A program made the translations under genes and the position numbers. Of a stretch of 64,000 bases of DNA, positions 43,411 to 53,719 are shown piece after piece; position 1 is the stretch's first letter; every line of letters begins with the position of its first letter. Source of the DNA: an uncultured Thermoguttaceae bacterium (lineage in GTDB: Bacteria > Planctomycetota > Planctomycetia > Pirellulales > Thermoguttaceae); the NCBI GenBank assembly GCA_938042245.1, contig CALIRO010000016.1, forward strand, positions 46,004-110,003, read 5' to 3'. Under the pieces are notes generated by a model that was not told the DNA's origin, searched no databases, and worked only from the letters and a program-made list of their open reading frames with translations.

Positions 43411-45084
43411 TTAGCTTACCACAGGGACTTCGATCAGGATGGGGCAATTGGCGTCGAGGCCCCAGCGGAGCCAGTCGGCCAGGGCGTCCGGTTCGGTTAC
43501 CCGGCAGGCCGGTACGCCGAGCGACCTGGCCAAGCCCACATAATCAATTACCGGTCGGTCCAAATCCAAGCCTTCATATCGACCGGCCATTGCCTCCGGC
43601 AGCCGAAGCACTCGGGCGCAATCTTTGAGGATTTTGTACTGTTGGTTGTTGGTCAGCAGGAACGTAACCGGAATCCGGTATCGGGCCGCCGTCCAGAGAC
43701 CTTGAAATCCGTACATAGCTGATCCATCGCCGATGATGGCAAGGACGGGTCGATGCGGCCAAGCAAGGCGCACTCCAATCGCACAGTTCAGCCCCCAGCC
43801 CAACGCCCAACCTCGCTGGGCAAAATAACCGGTCGGATCCCGCAGTGCTCCGACCCGTTCCAAGTAGCTGCCCATAGTCGTCGTAGGCGATTCTTCTACG
43901 ACGGCAACGTGGCGCGGAAGCACCTGGGCTACAATGTCCATCAGCACCGGCGCACGAAGCGGGCGGAGGTCTTTTTGTTCCTGCGCTTGGCGTCGGAGAG
44001 CCTTTTGTTGGCGTCGGAAATGGGCGGTCCAGTGGGCGCGGCGTTTGTCAGCGGCCTGGGCTCTTGCCCCTTGGATCAGCCCCTCCAACAGCCGAGCCAG
44101 CTCGGCTAATGCCGGTTTCGGATGCCCCAGCAGGCCTACCTCCACAGGGTAATTTTTGTTTAGTTCCCAAGGGTTTTCATCGATCTGCACCAGGCGGAGG
44201 TGGTCTGGCAAAGGGGACGGCTCATGATAGATGTACTGCTGAAATAGCTTCATGCCTACCACCAGCAGGACATCAAACGGCGCTAGAAATTCCCGCACCT
44301 CCGGCGACCAGAACGGAAGCGGCGGACCGGCCAACGGATGGTCGGAAGGGAAACTGGCCCGGCCGTGGGAGGTGGTCGCTTCGTGGAAGACCGGCGCAGC
44401 GAGCAGTTCGGCTACAGTAACCAGTTCCTGGATGGCGTCGGCTTCGCAGACTCGACTTCCCACGAGAATGCCAGGCTGCTGGGCAGAGGCCAAGACTTGG
44501 GCGGCCCGTTCGAGGGCTTCTACCGGCGGCCGGACATGCACCTCCGGCAAGGGCGCAGAGCGCACGGGGACCGCCTCGGCACTGGCCATCTGCACGTCCA
44601 ACGGAAGCGATAAAAACACCGGCCCCTGCGGCGGCATGAGGGCCGTCTGTACCGCCCGCCGAACCGCCGTGGGCAACTCCTCGACCCGCCGAACTTCATA
44701 AGCCCATTTCGTCCACGGCCGAACCACTTCCACCATCTCGCCCCAAAGGATCGGTTCTTCCAGCATCATGCGCTGGTCTTGTTGGCCAGCCGTGAGCAAC
44801 AGCGGCGTACCGGCCCGATAGGCGTTATAAAGCATGCCCATGGCATTGCCCAGGCCGCAGCAGATATGCACGTTCACCACGCCCACTTGGCGGGATGCCT
44901 GGGCATAGCCGTCGGCCATCGCAACGACCGGAACCTCCTGCAAGGCCAAGATCAACTGAATCTGACGAGAGCTGGCCAGGGCATCATACAGCGGCAATTC
45001 CGTGGTGCCAGGATTGCCAAACAAATATCGTACCCCATACTCACTCAGCAACTCCAAAAACAGATGCATTCCGCTGCGGCCCAT
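43411..45084 (-). CDS. Thiamine-pyrophosphate-dependent enzyme (benzoylformate decarboxylase / acetolactate synthase large-subunit-like)
   Basis: The track ORF is 43411..45108 (TTG). ATG 45084 gives MGRSGMHLFLELLSEYGVRYLFGNPGTTELPLYDAL (TPP pyrimidine-binding N domain). The C-terminal TPP motif is IIGDGSAMYGFQGLWTAARYRIPVTFLLTNNQQY. Confidence 0.85.
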   Translation of the reverse strand: MGRSGMHLFLELLSEYGVRYLFGNPGTTELPLYDALASSRQIQLILALQEVPVVAMADGYAQASRQVGVVNVHICCGLGNAMGMLYNAYRAGTPLLLTAGQQDQRMMLEEPILWGEMVEVVRPWTKWAYEVRRVEELPTAVRRAVQTALMPPQGPVFLSLPLDVQMASAEAVPVRSAPLPEVHVRPPVEALERAAQVLASAQQPGILVGSRVCEADAIQELVTVAELLAAPVFHEATTSHGRASFPSDHPLAGPPLPFWSPEVREFLAPFDVLLVVGMKLFQQYIYHEPSPLPDHLRLVQIDENPWELNKNYPVEVGLLGHPKPALAELARLLEGLIQGARAQAADKRRAHWTAHFRRQQKALRRQAQEQKDLRPLRAPVLMDIVAQVLPRHVAVVEESPTTTMGSYLERVGALRDPTGYFAQRGWALGWGLNCAIGVRLAWPHRPVLAIIGDGSAMYGFQGLWTAARYRIPVTFLLTNNQQYKILKDCARVLRLPEAMAGRYEGLDLDRPVIDYVGLARSLGVPACRVTEPDALADWLRWGLDANCPILIEVPVVS

Positions 45085-45211
45085 GATCTGCGGGTCCTTA
45101 CTTGGCAAAGCCCCCTCGGAAGAGGTTTCCTCTCCAGAGTTATGGTTTTAGGTTCTTCAGGCGCCTGCCAGGTTGCCGCCATCACCGCCTCAAGAGGTTT
45201 CCTCTCCAGAG

Positions 45212-46216
45212 TCATTCTTCCGGGCTAGGGGAAAGGTCGTCGGAGGGTGGGGTCCTGAGGCCTTTGAATAGTTTTCGGCCAATCTGGGCCACGTAGCCGG
45301 TCCAGCAGGGGTCGGGCGTTCGGTCCTCCGCCAAGTGCTGTTGAAAAAAGAACACCTGGGCGTCCAGATAATCCAGGCAATACAGAGCCAGGGCCTCTAA
45401 GGTCATCGGCAACTTGGGGCTGCCGAACTCATAATGACCGTGATGGCTGACGATCATGTGTTTCAAGCGCAGAAGCGTCTCCTGGGGAAACGGTTCCCCC
45501 AGGAGCTGTTCGGCCTGGGGTAGTTTTTGTTCCACCAGGCGTACTCCCTGGACCAGATGGCCGACCAGTTGGCCTTCGTCGGTATAAGCCAATCGGCCTT
45601 CGGTGGTCAGTTCTTCCACTTTGCCCAGGTCGTGGAAGAAGGCGCCGGCCAGGAGCAGATTTCGGTCGATCTGGGGGTAACAACCGGCCAGGGCCGCAGC
45701 CGACTCCATCACCTGCACCGTATGCTCCAAAAGCCCGCCGGGATAGGCATGGTGGTATTTTATTCCAGCCGGCATCTGACTGAACCGCTCCATAAAGGCC
45801 TGATCGGCCAAGAAGCACTCGGCCAACGTGCACAAAGCCGGATCCGTCAAACTCCGCACGAGTTCCACCAGGCGGTTTTGCAGGCGCTGAAGCTCGGCCG
45901 CTGTCAGCCGGACAAACTCTCGTTCATCAACCTCCTGTGCCGGTATCCGGCTAAACCGTTTGGCCAGAAGCTGCATGCCGCCCTGATAGACCTGGGTGGT
46001 GCCTTCCACGCGGACATAATCGCCCAGCTGGAAGGCCTGAGCATCTTCCGGGGTGGCGTTCCAACGGAGGGCGGTGATCGTGCCGGTCCGGTCGGCCAGG
46101 TCCACTTGCAAATAAAGAATGCCGCTCCGGTTGGCTCGTAGCTGTTTACTGACCACCCGGAAAATTTCGTTTACCTTTTCCTGCGGGCCGAGTTGGTTGA
46201 TATAGCGCCGGGACAT
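45212..46216 (-). CDS. OB-fold + HD-domain phosphohydrolase (YhaM-like 3'-5' exoribonuclease family)
   Basis: The track ORF is 45212..46252; ATG 46216 gives MSRRYINQLGPQEKVNEIFRV. The N-terminal OB fold is ILYLQVDLADRTGTITALRW...GDYVRVEGTTQVYQGGMQL. The HD motifs are HHAYPGGLLEHTVQV...GAFFHDLGK...VSHHGHYEFGSP. Confidence 0.85.
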   Translation of the reverse strand: MSRRYINQLGPQEKVNEIFRVVSKQLRANRSGILYLQVDLADRTGTITALRWNATPEDAQAFQLGDYVRVEGTTQVYQGGMQLLAKRFSRIPAQEVDEREFVRLTAAELQRLQNRLVELVRSLTDPALCTLAECFLADQAFMERFSQMPAGIKYHHAYPGGLLEHTVQVMESAAALAGCYPQIDRNLLLAGAFFHDLGKVEELTTEGRLAYTDEGQLVGHLVQGVRLVEQKLPQAEQLLGEPFPQETLLRLKHMIVSHHGHYEFGSPKLPMTLEALALYCLDYLDAQVFFFQQHLAEDRTPDPCWTGYVAQIGRKLFKGLRTPPSDDLSPSPEE

Positions 46217-46370
46217 CAAAAGGACTTTCCGCCAGGGATATGTTTCGCACACCGTAGGAAAAAGAGCCGTAGGGACCGGAATACCGGAGGACGCCTACTT
46301 TTTTCTCGGAATTACCCTCCCATTTAACGGACACATAAGCCGTAGTCTAAGCATCCGGGGACTGTCCTTC

Positions 46371-46449
46371 TGTCATTCCCGTGCAAGCGGGAATCCAGGC
46401 TGCTTGGCCACAGCCCTCTTGTGTCATTCCCGCGTAAGCGGGAATCCAG
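46371..46449 (+). repeat. Two tandem family-1 REP-like units
   Basis: The units are tgtcattcccgtgcaagcgggaatccagg (46371-46399) and tgtcattcccgcgtaagcgggaatccag (46422-46449). Each has an 8-bp stem ATTCCCGY/RCGGGAAT closing a GNAA-type loop. Confidence 0.8.
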
Positions 46450-46463
46450 AAGGTGCACTCCCC

Positions 46464-46525
46464 CGTCCAACCTATCGGTTGGACGACCTTTCTCACGGCG
46501 GGGAAGGGGAAAACTTCCCCTCACC
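46464..46525 (+). repeat. Hairpin plus family-2 REP-like unit
   Basis: The 8-bp hairpin is GTCCAACC tatc GGTTGGAC (46464-46483). The family-2-like unit ctttctcacggcggggaaggggaaaacttcccctcacc follows. Confidence 0.55.
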
Positions 46526-46742
46526 AGCCCGATTGATTCTACAAAGGCCTTCCGGAGCTGACAAGCACCTTGGAAAACGGCAATGGGAAGAAAAAAACCG
46601 CTTTCGTGACGCAGTGGGCCACCCCTTTGGTTTAGGGGTTGTCGTGAGCAGTCGCATGGGGCATAATAGCGATTTTTGATACTAGGATAATAGGATAAGA
46701 AGAGTTTTACGAACTTCTGGCGCCGTCCAAAGGAGCAATCGC

Positions 46743-48497
46743 ATGAGCCAACCGATTCCAGTCAGCGAAAATCAACGGCCGTGGTATCGGATGCTTAACG
46801 GGTATCATTGGTTTGTGTTTGTGGTATGTACGTTGGGTTGGCTTTTTGACTGTTTGGATCAGCAGCTTTTCAACGCCAACCGAAAGCCGGCGATGATTGA
46901 CCTTTTACACACGGATCCGAGCGATCCGCGCGTCGATGCCTGGGCTACCTATTCTACCTCGTTTTTGCTTTTAGGTTGGGCGACCGGCGGGATTTTCTTC
47001 GGTATTTTGGGCGACCGGATCGGCCGGGCCAAAACGATGGTTTTTACCATTCTTTCCTACTCCGTGTTTACCGGCCTGACGGCTTTTGCGGTGTCGGTCT
47101 ATGATTTTATTCTCTATCGGTTTTTGTCTGGTTTAGGTGTGGGGGGGCAGTTTGCGGTGGGGGTCTCCTTGGTGGCCGAGGCCCTGCCCGATAAAGCCCG
47201 GCCGCCGGCCCTGGGAATGCTGCAAGCGTTTTCGGCCTTCGGCAATATCACTGCGGCGCTGATTGTGATGCTGTTTGAACATCTCGCCGCCGCCGGAGTG
47301 ATTGCCGGCAGCCCCTGGCGATGGGTCTTTGCCGTGGGAATTGCTCCTGCCTTGTTGGCGGTGGTCGTGATGCTTCGGTTGGAGGAGCCGGAACGATGGA
47401 AGCAAGCGGTGGCCAGCGGCGAAGCAAAAAAGAAGGCCGGTTCCATCCGAGAGCTATTTGGCGATCGCCGTTGGCGGCGAAATACCATCTGTGGGATGCT
47501 CCTAGCGGCCTCTGGGGTGATCGGGCTGTGGGCCATCGGCGTTTTCTCCAACGATCTGACCCACACCGTCTTTCTCCGAGGGGCCGAAGAACAGGCCCGC
47601 CGCCAAGGCGAAGCCGAAAAGGATCAACAGTTTGTAGCCCTCCTGATCCACCATGCCGATCGGGCCCCCAGCAAAGAAAAATTGCCCAAAGAGACAGCCA
47701 TTTTGGGTCTGCAAGCCGACGATCTGGACGCCCGGCTCCTTTACGCCGCCGCTCGCACCTTGATGGAAGAAAACAAGCCGGTGGATCCAGAGGCAGTTTT
47801 GAAGCTCTTGGACCGACCGGCCGCTGATCCGGCCAGTTCCATTTTGGATAAGTTCATGCCGCATCGAAAGGCCCAATCGCCCCAGGAGCGTCAGCGCCGC
47901 AGCGACTACCTCCGCCAAGGCGTAGAAGCCGCTACCAAAGCCCGCCTGGACCCAAAAACCTTCCTGGCCGAACACGCCCAGCATATCACTGCCCGCTCCA
48001 AGCAGATCCTCGGCCATGTGGGCTTTTGGCGGAGTATCAATCTGATGTTTTTCAACATCGGGGCGTTTTTCGGCATTTATAGTTTTAGTTGGGTAACCCA
48101 GCGTCTGCCCCGTCGGCCAACGTTTGCCATCTTTTTCCTGCTAGCCATCTTCAGCACAGCGGCGGCGTTTTTGCTCATGCGGGAGCCGTGGCACTTGTTC
48201 GTGCTGGTGCCGCTGATGGGCTTTGCGCAGCTATCGGTCTTCGGCGGGTATGCGATCTACTTTCCAGAACTATTCCCCACCCGGCTCCGAAGCACCGGCA
48301 CCTCGTTCTGCTACAACATTGCCCGGTTTGTGGCGGTGCCCGGACCGGCGGTGCTGGGCGTGCTCACTGCCGTGGTCTTCAAAGACTATCCGGAGCCGAT
48401 GCGCTATGCCGGTGTTACTATGTGCGCCTGTTTCCTGGTGGGCCTATTGACCTTGCCCTTTGCCCCGGAAACCAAAGACAAACCGCTGCCGGAGTAA
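46743..48497 (+). CDS. MFS transporter with an enlarged central cytoplasmic loop
   Basis: 584 aa, with AAGGAG 7 nt upstream. Six TM helices lie on each side of a ~190-aa charged loop (aa ~215-410). The MFS loop-2/3 motif context is GILGDRIGRAKT. Confidence 0.85.
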   Translation: MSQPIPVSENQRPWYRMLNGYHWFVFVVCTLGWLFDCLDQQLFNANRKPAMIDLLHTDPSDPRVDAWATYSTSFLLLGWATGGIFFGILGDRIGRAKTMVFTILSYSVFTGLTAFAVSVYDFILYRFLSGLGVGGQFAVGVSLVAEALPDKARPPALGMLQAFSAFGNITAALIVMLFEHLAAAGVIAGSPWRWVFAVGIAPALLAVVVMLRLEEPERWKQAVASGEAKKKAGSIRELFGDRRWRRNTICGMLLAASGVIGLWAIGVFSNDLTHTVFLRGAEEQARRQGEAEKDQQFVALLIHHADRAPSKEKLPKETAILGLQADDLDARLLYAAARTLMEENKPVDPEAVLKLLDRPAADPASSILDKFMPHRKAQSPQERQRRSDYLRQGVEAATKARLDPKTFLAEHAQHITARSKQILGHVGFWRSINLMFFNIGAFFGIYSFSWVTQRLPRRPTFAIFFLLAIFSTAAAFLLMREPWHLFVLVPLMGFAQLSVFGGYAIYFPELFPTRLRSTGTSFCYNIARFVAVPGPAVLGVLTAVVFKDYPEPMRYAGVTMCACFLVGLLTLPFAPETKDKPLPE

Positions 48498-48676
48498 ATT
48501 CGCTAGAAGCCCAAACGGCACTCAGGCGGCTGACCAACCAGAAACCAAAGACAAATCGCTGCCGGAGTAGAGTGCCGGTCCCAAAAGCGCGGTAGTGAAG
48601 GGGCGCTATTCCGGAGGCGGCGAGTGCGTCCTTGGCGCTGGTATTTTGGCCAACTAGCAGACGCTATTGAGGGGCG

Positions 48677-50992
48677 CTATTCCGAAGGCGGCGGGGGGGA
48701 ACCGGTGTGGAATTCGGTGGCAGCAGGCTCGGTGGGCGCCTCGGACAAACCGGATAGCTGAGCAGGCGTCTGGGCGTTTTCCCTTGGGGAGGGCGTAGGC
48801 GTAGCGCCGATCTCACTCCCTGAGGCCATTCTTCCTCCCAGCCAGACGGTCGCCGGCGCCGATTCTCGAAACATCCGCAGGGCCAAGCTCCATAGCCCCC
48901 CGACGACCAGGATCACCCCAGCCGCTGCCGCCAACGCATAGCCGACCAGTTGCTGCCGGAGTTCTCTCAGCGCCTGGCCGATGGCCGTTTCATAAGATTC
49001 TTGCACGATCAGTAGCCAACCGGTCGGCTGATCGGCCAGTTTGACCGGTTCCATTTCGGCCAGCCAACGTCGTCGGTAGTATTCGCCGCCCGGTAGTTTT
49101 CCGAGTGGGTCCTCATACCAGCAGCGCCGCTGCCAGCTGGTGGGCAGGTCCTCCGGCCTCATCACAATTTGGCTGAACTCCTGGGGGATTTTCGGTTGGG
49201 CTGGGTCTCGGGATTGAAACAGGGGATGCTCCAAAATCCGACCCGGATGCTGGGCGGTAGGTTCTTCCAGCAGCACAGCGAACTGATTCGGCTTGGGCGA
49301 TAGTTCCACCAAGGCGCCAACGCCTACGGTCAGTCCGACCACTCCCAGAAATTGGCCGCCTGGCTTTTGGCGGATCGGTGTGGAGACGGCCACATTCCAG
49401 CGTCCGGTGGCCTCGCTTTGGTAGGCGGCCGACATTTGGGTCTTTTGGATGTGTTGGTCGGCTGGAGGACGCCAACGGCGATCGGGCATATCCATCGGCC
49501 CGCCGTGGAAGTAGCTTCGCCAGGAGTAGTTTCGGCCAATGGTTACCACCTCGGCCTCTTCCGGCACGCGGGCGATCTGGTTGCCCAGCGGATCGTTCAG
49601 AAACCAACTGTTCACCTGGCTGCCCAGGCCCATGTCTGGCGGAATGGCTTGCTCGAAGACCTGTTGCAGGTTCCGCCGCTGCGGATGATGCCGGAGCTTC
49701 GCGGCCAATTGTTGGAGTTCGGCCTCAGGCAAGTCTGGGTTGGCCAGTCGGCGGAGGATCGGCGCTAGTTCCGGGTGCTGGATCGTCTCTTGGAAGACGG
49801 TCAAAAACTGTTCGGATTGGAGCAGCCGTTCCACGGCTCGATAGCGTCGGTCCACCTCAGCGGCCGTGGTTCGAGCCGCATATTGGGCAGCAAACTTGTT
49901 GCTTTCCAAAGCCCGTTGGATAAGAGCTTCTTCCGATCGCTGTAAAGCGGCGGTGGCACCTTGCCAGGCAAAAAAACCCACCACCAAAAGCAGTAGCACC
50001 GGTCCTGCCGCCCCCACCACCAACATCGGCCGACGTTGACGCCGCAATTGCCGCGCCTGCAACGCATCCAACACCGCCTGCACATTCGGAAACCGTTTCT
50101 GTGGATCCACAGCCAAACAGCGATCAATAATGTCGGCCAAATCCCGATCCACTCCCGGCGTCTGCCGATGCGCGGTCGGACGAGGCGAATGCCGGATCCA
50201 CCGCCGATACACCGCCAGGCGTTCTACCAGGTTTGGCGCCTGCTCCAACTGCCGTAGGATCTCCGGCGTCCGATAGGGCGGACTGCCCGTCAGCATACAA
50301 TACAGCAGCGCCCCCAAGGCATAGACATCCCAGCGTACGTCGGGCGCCGCCTGCAAGTCGGCCTGCTCCGGCGCCATGTAGAAAAGTGTTCCCAAAGCCG
50401 GGGCCTGCTCGTGCGAAAGCCGAGACTGCCCAAAATCCGCCAGCCGAGGCCGACCGTCCTGATCCAGTAAAATGTTGGCCGGTTTCAGATCGCAGTGGAG
50501 CACCCCTTTGCCATGAGCATGAAGCAGCCCGACTGCCACCTCATGGAAAAGCCCAACGGCCTCTTCGACCGGCAGGGGCCCTTTTTCGAGGCGATCGGCC
50601 AAGGACCCCTGCTCCAAATACTCCATGATGTAATACGGCGGCGAGGCGTCCCAGCCGACCCCGATCAGTTGCACCACATACCGATCCGCAAACAGAAAAG
50701 CCAGCTTTTCCACTTCCCGCGAAAGCAAGGCCCAGTCCAGGCCGCCCCGATGGGCATAAAATTTGATCGCTACCCGTCGGCCGGTGTTCCGCTCCACAGC
50801 TACCCAGACCTCGCCGTACGCGCCTACCCCAAGCAGGCGCTCCGGTTCATAGCCGGGCACCTCCACCGGCGGACGGACACGCCGCAGGCTCATCTGCTGC
50901 GCCTGACGCTGCTCGGTTCGGCTTTGGGGTACAGTCGCATCCTCGGCCATACTACCAGTATACCAAATCCAGGAAAACAAGAAGCGAACCAT
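48677..50992 (-). CDS. Ser/Thr protein kinase with TM-flanked extracytoplasmic sensor domain
   Basis: 771 aa; an alternative ATG at 50950 gives MAEDATV. The kinase motifs are VAIKFY, HCDLKPANILLD, ADFGQSRL and LFYMAPE. TM1 is PMLVVGAAGPVLLLLVVGFFAW, followed by a ~370-aa Cache/dCache-like region (inference), then TM2 LVGYALAAAAGVILVVGGLWSLAL. Confidence 0.9.
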   Translation of the reverse strand: MVRFLFSWIWYTGSMAEDATVPQSRTEQRQAQQMSLRRVRPPVEVPGYEPERLLGVGAYGEVWVAVERNTGRRVAIKFYAHRGGLDWALLSREVEKLAFLFADRYVVQLIGVGWDASPPYYIMEYLEQGSLADRLEKGPLPVEEAVGLFHEVAVGLLHAHGKGVLHCDLKPANILLDQDGRPRLADFGQSRLSHEQAPALGTLFYMAPEQADLQAAPDVRWDVYALGALLYCMLTGSPPYRTPEILRQLEQAPNLVERLAVYRRWIRHSPRPTAHRQTPGVDRDLADIIDRCLAVDPQKRFPNVQAVLDALQARQLRRQRRPMLVVGAAGPVLLLLVVGFFAWQGATAALQRSEEALIQRALESNKFAAQYAARTTAAEVDRRYRAVERLLQSEQFLTVFQETIQHPELAPILRRLANPDLPEAELQQLAAKLRHHPQRRNLQQVFEQAIPPDMGLGSQVNSWFLNDPLGNQIARVPEEAEVVTIGRNYSWRSYFHGGPMDMPDRRWRPPADQHIQKTQMSAAYQSEATGRWNVAVSTPIRQKPGGQFLGVVGLTVGVGALVELSPKPNQFAVLLEEPTAQHPGRILEHPLFQSRDPAQPKIPQEFSQIVMRPEDLPTSWQRRCWYEDPLGKLPGGEYYRRRWLAEMEPVKLADQPTGWLLIVQESYETAIGQALRELRQQLVGYALAAAAGVILVVGGLWSLALRMFRESAPATVWLGGRMASGSEIGATPTPSPRENAQTPAQLSGLSEAPTEPAATEFHTGSPPPPSE

Positions 50993-51070
50993 CCGGCCAA
51001 ATGAATCCGACCTGCTGAGTTTTCTGGCAAATGCCCTGGATGGACATCCTGGGGGTTGGGAACGGTCCGT

Positions 51071-51256
51071 TCGTCATTCCTGCGTAAGCAGCAGTCCAGT
51101 AAAATCTCCTCTGTCCTCCGTAGGAGAGGAGACAATTTCCCCTCACCCAGGGTGCTTAGGCAGACCAGCTTCTTTTGTGGTGGGGGATGAATCCGTCGAT
51201 CCCTTCTGTGGGAGAGTTCAATGCAATCTCCTCTCCCCAGTGTGGGAGAGGGATAG
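51071..51256 (+). repeat. One family-1 and two or three family-2 REP-like units
   Basis: The family-1 unit is 51071-51099 tcgtcattcctgcgtaagcagcagtccag. The family-2 units are 51104-51148 atctcctctgtcctccgtaggagaggagacaatttcccctcaccc and 51224-51256 caatctcctctccccagtgtgggagagggatag. Confidence 0.7.
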
Positions 51257-51344
51257 AAGGAGGGGGATTTTGCGGGCGGGACACCCGGGCTCCAAGTGGG
51301 CGGACGAAACGTCCGCTCTTCCAGGGTGGATCGCCCTTTGTATT

Positions 51345-53576
51345 TTACCCCTTTCCCACTAAGAGGACAGTTCCGGCGGCGATGAGGTTCAGCATGGCGG
51401 TCAGCAGGCAGACCGGACCGATGCCCACAAGCGGAATCAGCAGGCTGCTTCCCACCAAGGCCCCGAAGGCGGCGCCGAGATAATCGGCCGTGTAGAGACG
51501 GCCTGCTGTAATAGAAACTTGTTCAAATGCTATTTTGGCCGCCAGCGGAAACACCATCCCCACCAAACCCGCCAACAGGAAAGCCAGCCCCAGAAAGAGG
51601 CCTTGGCAAACCAAGTGGAGGGCAGAGTATCGGCTCGCCTGGTCTAGGCCCCCTAGCACCGGAGGCAACAGGGCAGCAAAGACGGCTAAACAGCCGACCA
51701 CCATGGCCAAGGCTCGTCGGTCCCACTGGCCGAGCCGACGGTTCATCCAGCCCGCCCCGACCGCCAAACCCGCCATGAACGCCGTAACTATTAGCCCCAC
51801 CCGGTGATACACACAGCCAAAGACTATTTGAAACGCCAACAGTAAGACCACATGCAATAGCGCCCCAGCCAGGCCGGCGCTAAAGACGGCCATGGTTACC
51901 GGCCTTGCCCGCCACAGACACCATAACCCCAGGGCAGCCAGCCCTAGCACAAACACCCCCCATCGGACCTGATACTGCCGCATCCAATACCGTAAATGCC
52001 GATAGGCCAGGATGGGGAAAAAATCCTGGTTCATTGGGGCGTCTGGGCGCACTGCCCGTTCTAAAGCAGCCAAGCGATCCGGCGACAAAATCGCCGCCAA
52101 ATACCCCGGGCGCATATAGTGGGTTTGCAGGCCATGCTGGGCAATCCGCTGGGCGATTTGGGTGGTAAGCTCCCCGTCAGAAGCTAGGAAGAGGATTCGT
52201 CCCGCCGGGATCATCAGAATATTGCGGAAGGCTTCCCGCAGCGTGCGGTGCACGATGGCTACCAGGTCCGCTAGCTCTGGACTCAGATAATTTTCATACG
52301 ATGCGCAAGCCAGAGCCAACACCCCGTCAGCCCGAAGCCGCCCTTTCACCTCCAGGAAAAACTCTCGACTGTAGAAGCGATTCCATTGGGTGGACAGCGG
52401 ATCAGGCACATCGGCCAACACCACATCGTACTGCTGGGAGCCGCTGCGAACCCATAACCGACCGTCGCCGGTTACAACCCGAATTCTCGGATCCTTTAGC
52501 GATTCCGGAATAAATTGTCGGCCTACCGAAAGCAGCAGTGGGTCTAGCTCCACATAATCGACCTGCATGGGTTCTGAGGGTGTGGCGCCGGAGCGGGCAT
52601 CTGCCCATTGGAGCACTTCTTTGGCCGTTCCGGAAAGCCCACCGCCCAAAAGGAGCACCCGGCGGGCCTGGGGACGCTGCGCCATCGCAAAATGCACCTT
52701 TTGTTCTACCGTTTCGGCATCGCCGGTGGAAAACAGCGGCGTGCCGCTGGCGTAAAAGGTCAGTTGCTCGGCAAGCCGACTGATCACCACCCGATTGTAC
52801 GCCGATTGGCCTTGGAACAGGACCTCTTGGCCGGCAAACTGCCGCTGGGTGGAGGCCAATTCCAGATCGCAGTTTGCCGCCAGCAGGGCCAGGGCGGCTG
52901 TCAAAAGCCCTGCTGTGACCATGACCAGGCGGTTTCGCGCTAGGTAACCTACAGCGGCTGCCAACAGGAGGTTTAAAAAGGCAGGCACATATAGCGTGCT
53001 GAAATGGCCCAGAAACCAGACCAAAATAAAACTAAACAAAAGTCCCCCTATAATGTCTCCCAGCACATCCAGAAAATAGACCTGGCCGATGCTTTCCGGC
53101 CGGCCTTCCGGGGCCAGCAGCCGACAGGTCAAGGTAAGCAGAAACCCAGCTAAAAGACAATACGGGGCCAAAAGCACGAGGCAAACCAGAATCGTTTCGG
53201 CCGGGCCCACTTCGGCCCCCCGCACAAACACCACATCTCGATAGGTACGGATGATCCATACTTGCAGGAGGGGAATCAGCCCAATGGCTATTTGTGCCCC
53301 GGCTAAGACGACCAAAGGACGCGCAAGCCTTTGGGCCCATCGCCCCCCCGAAGCGCCTAGGCCCGTCAGCAGCATCCAACTGCCCAAGACGATCCCTAGG
53401 ACCAATTCATTGCCGGCCAGGGCGGCCATCAATTCCCGCAAAAGCACCACCTGCGTTAAAAAGGCAGACACCCCCAACCCAGAAATCGCCACCCATAAAA
53501 GACCCCGCACGCCGATCCACTGCCAGGCGCCACCAGAGGTTTCCGATTCCTGGAGCGGGGGAACCTGCACCGTCAT
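51345..53576 (-). CDS. Polytopic membrane protein fused to a spermidine-synthase-like (SpeE-fold) methyltransferase domain
   Basis: The track ORF is 51345..53624 (TTG); ATG 53576 gives MTVQVPPLQ. About 7 N-terminal TM helices are followed by the central RRVLLLGGGLSGTAKEVLQW...VDYVELDPLLLSV...VVTGDGRLWV...YDVVLADVPDP...FYSREFF...LRADGVLA (aminopropyltransferase-fold motifs). About 6 C-terminal TM helices follow. Confidence 0.85.
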   Translation of the reverse strand: MTVQVPPLQESETSGGAWQWIGVRGLLWVAISGLGVSAFLTQVVLLRELMAALAGNELVLGIVLGSWMLLTGLGASGGRWAQRLARPLVVLAGAQIAIGLIPLLQVWIIRTYRDVVFVRGAEVGPAETILVCLVLLAPYCLLAGFLLTLTCRLLAPEGRPESIGQVYFLDVLGDIIGGLLFSFILVWFLGHFSTLYVPAFLNLLLAAAVGYLARNRLVMVTAGLLTAALALLAANCDLELASTQRQFAGQEVLFQGQSAYNRVVISRLAEQLTFYASGTPLFSTGDAETVEQKVHFAMAQRPQARRVLLLGGGLSGTAKEVLQWADARSGATPSEPMQVDYVELDPLLLSVGRQFIPESLKDPRIRVVTGDGRLWVRSGSQQYDVVLADVPDPLSTQWNRFYSREFFLEVKGRLRADGVLALACASYENYLSPELADLVAIVHRTLREAFRNILMIPAGRILFLASDGELTTQIAQRIAQHGLQTHYMRPGYLAAILSPDRLAALERAVRPDAPMNQDFFPILAYRHLRYWMRQYQVRWGVFVLGLAALGLWCLWRARPVTMAVFSAGLAGALLHVVLLLAFQIVFGCVYHRVGLIVTAFMAGLAVGAGWMNRRLGQWDRRALAMVVGCLAVFAALLPPVLGGLDQASRYSALHLVCQGLFLGLAFLLAGLVGMVFPLAAKIAFEQVSITAGRLYTADYLGAAFGALVGSSLLIPLVGIGPVCLLTAMLNLIAAGTVLLVGKG

Positions 53577-53719
53577 CAGAAAGAACCTTTCCGGCTGGTT
53601 GGTAGAATAAACCTGCTTTAGCAAACTGGCCCTGAGCTCAAGGCAGAGGAGGCCATGGGAAGCTCGGGTTCATTTAGAAGGCTCCGGACGGCGAAGAACT
53701 GGCCGGTTGGACAATTTGG

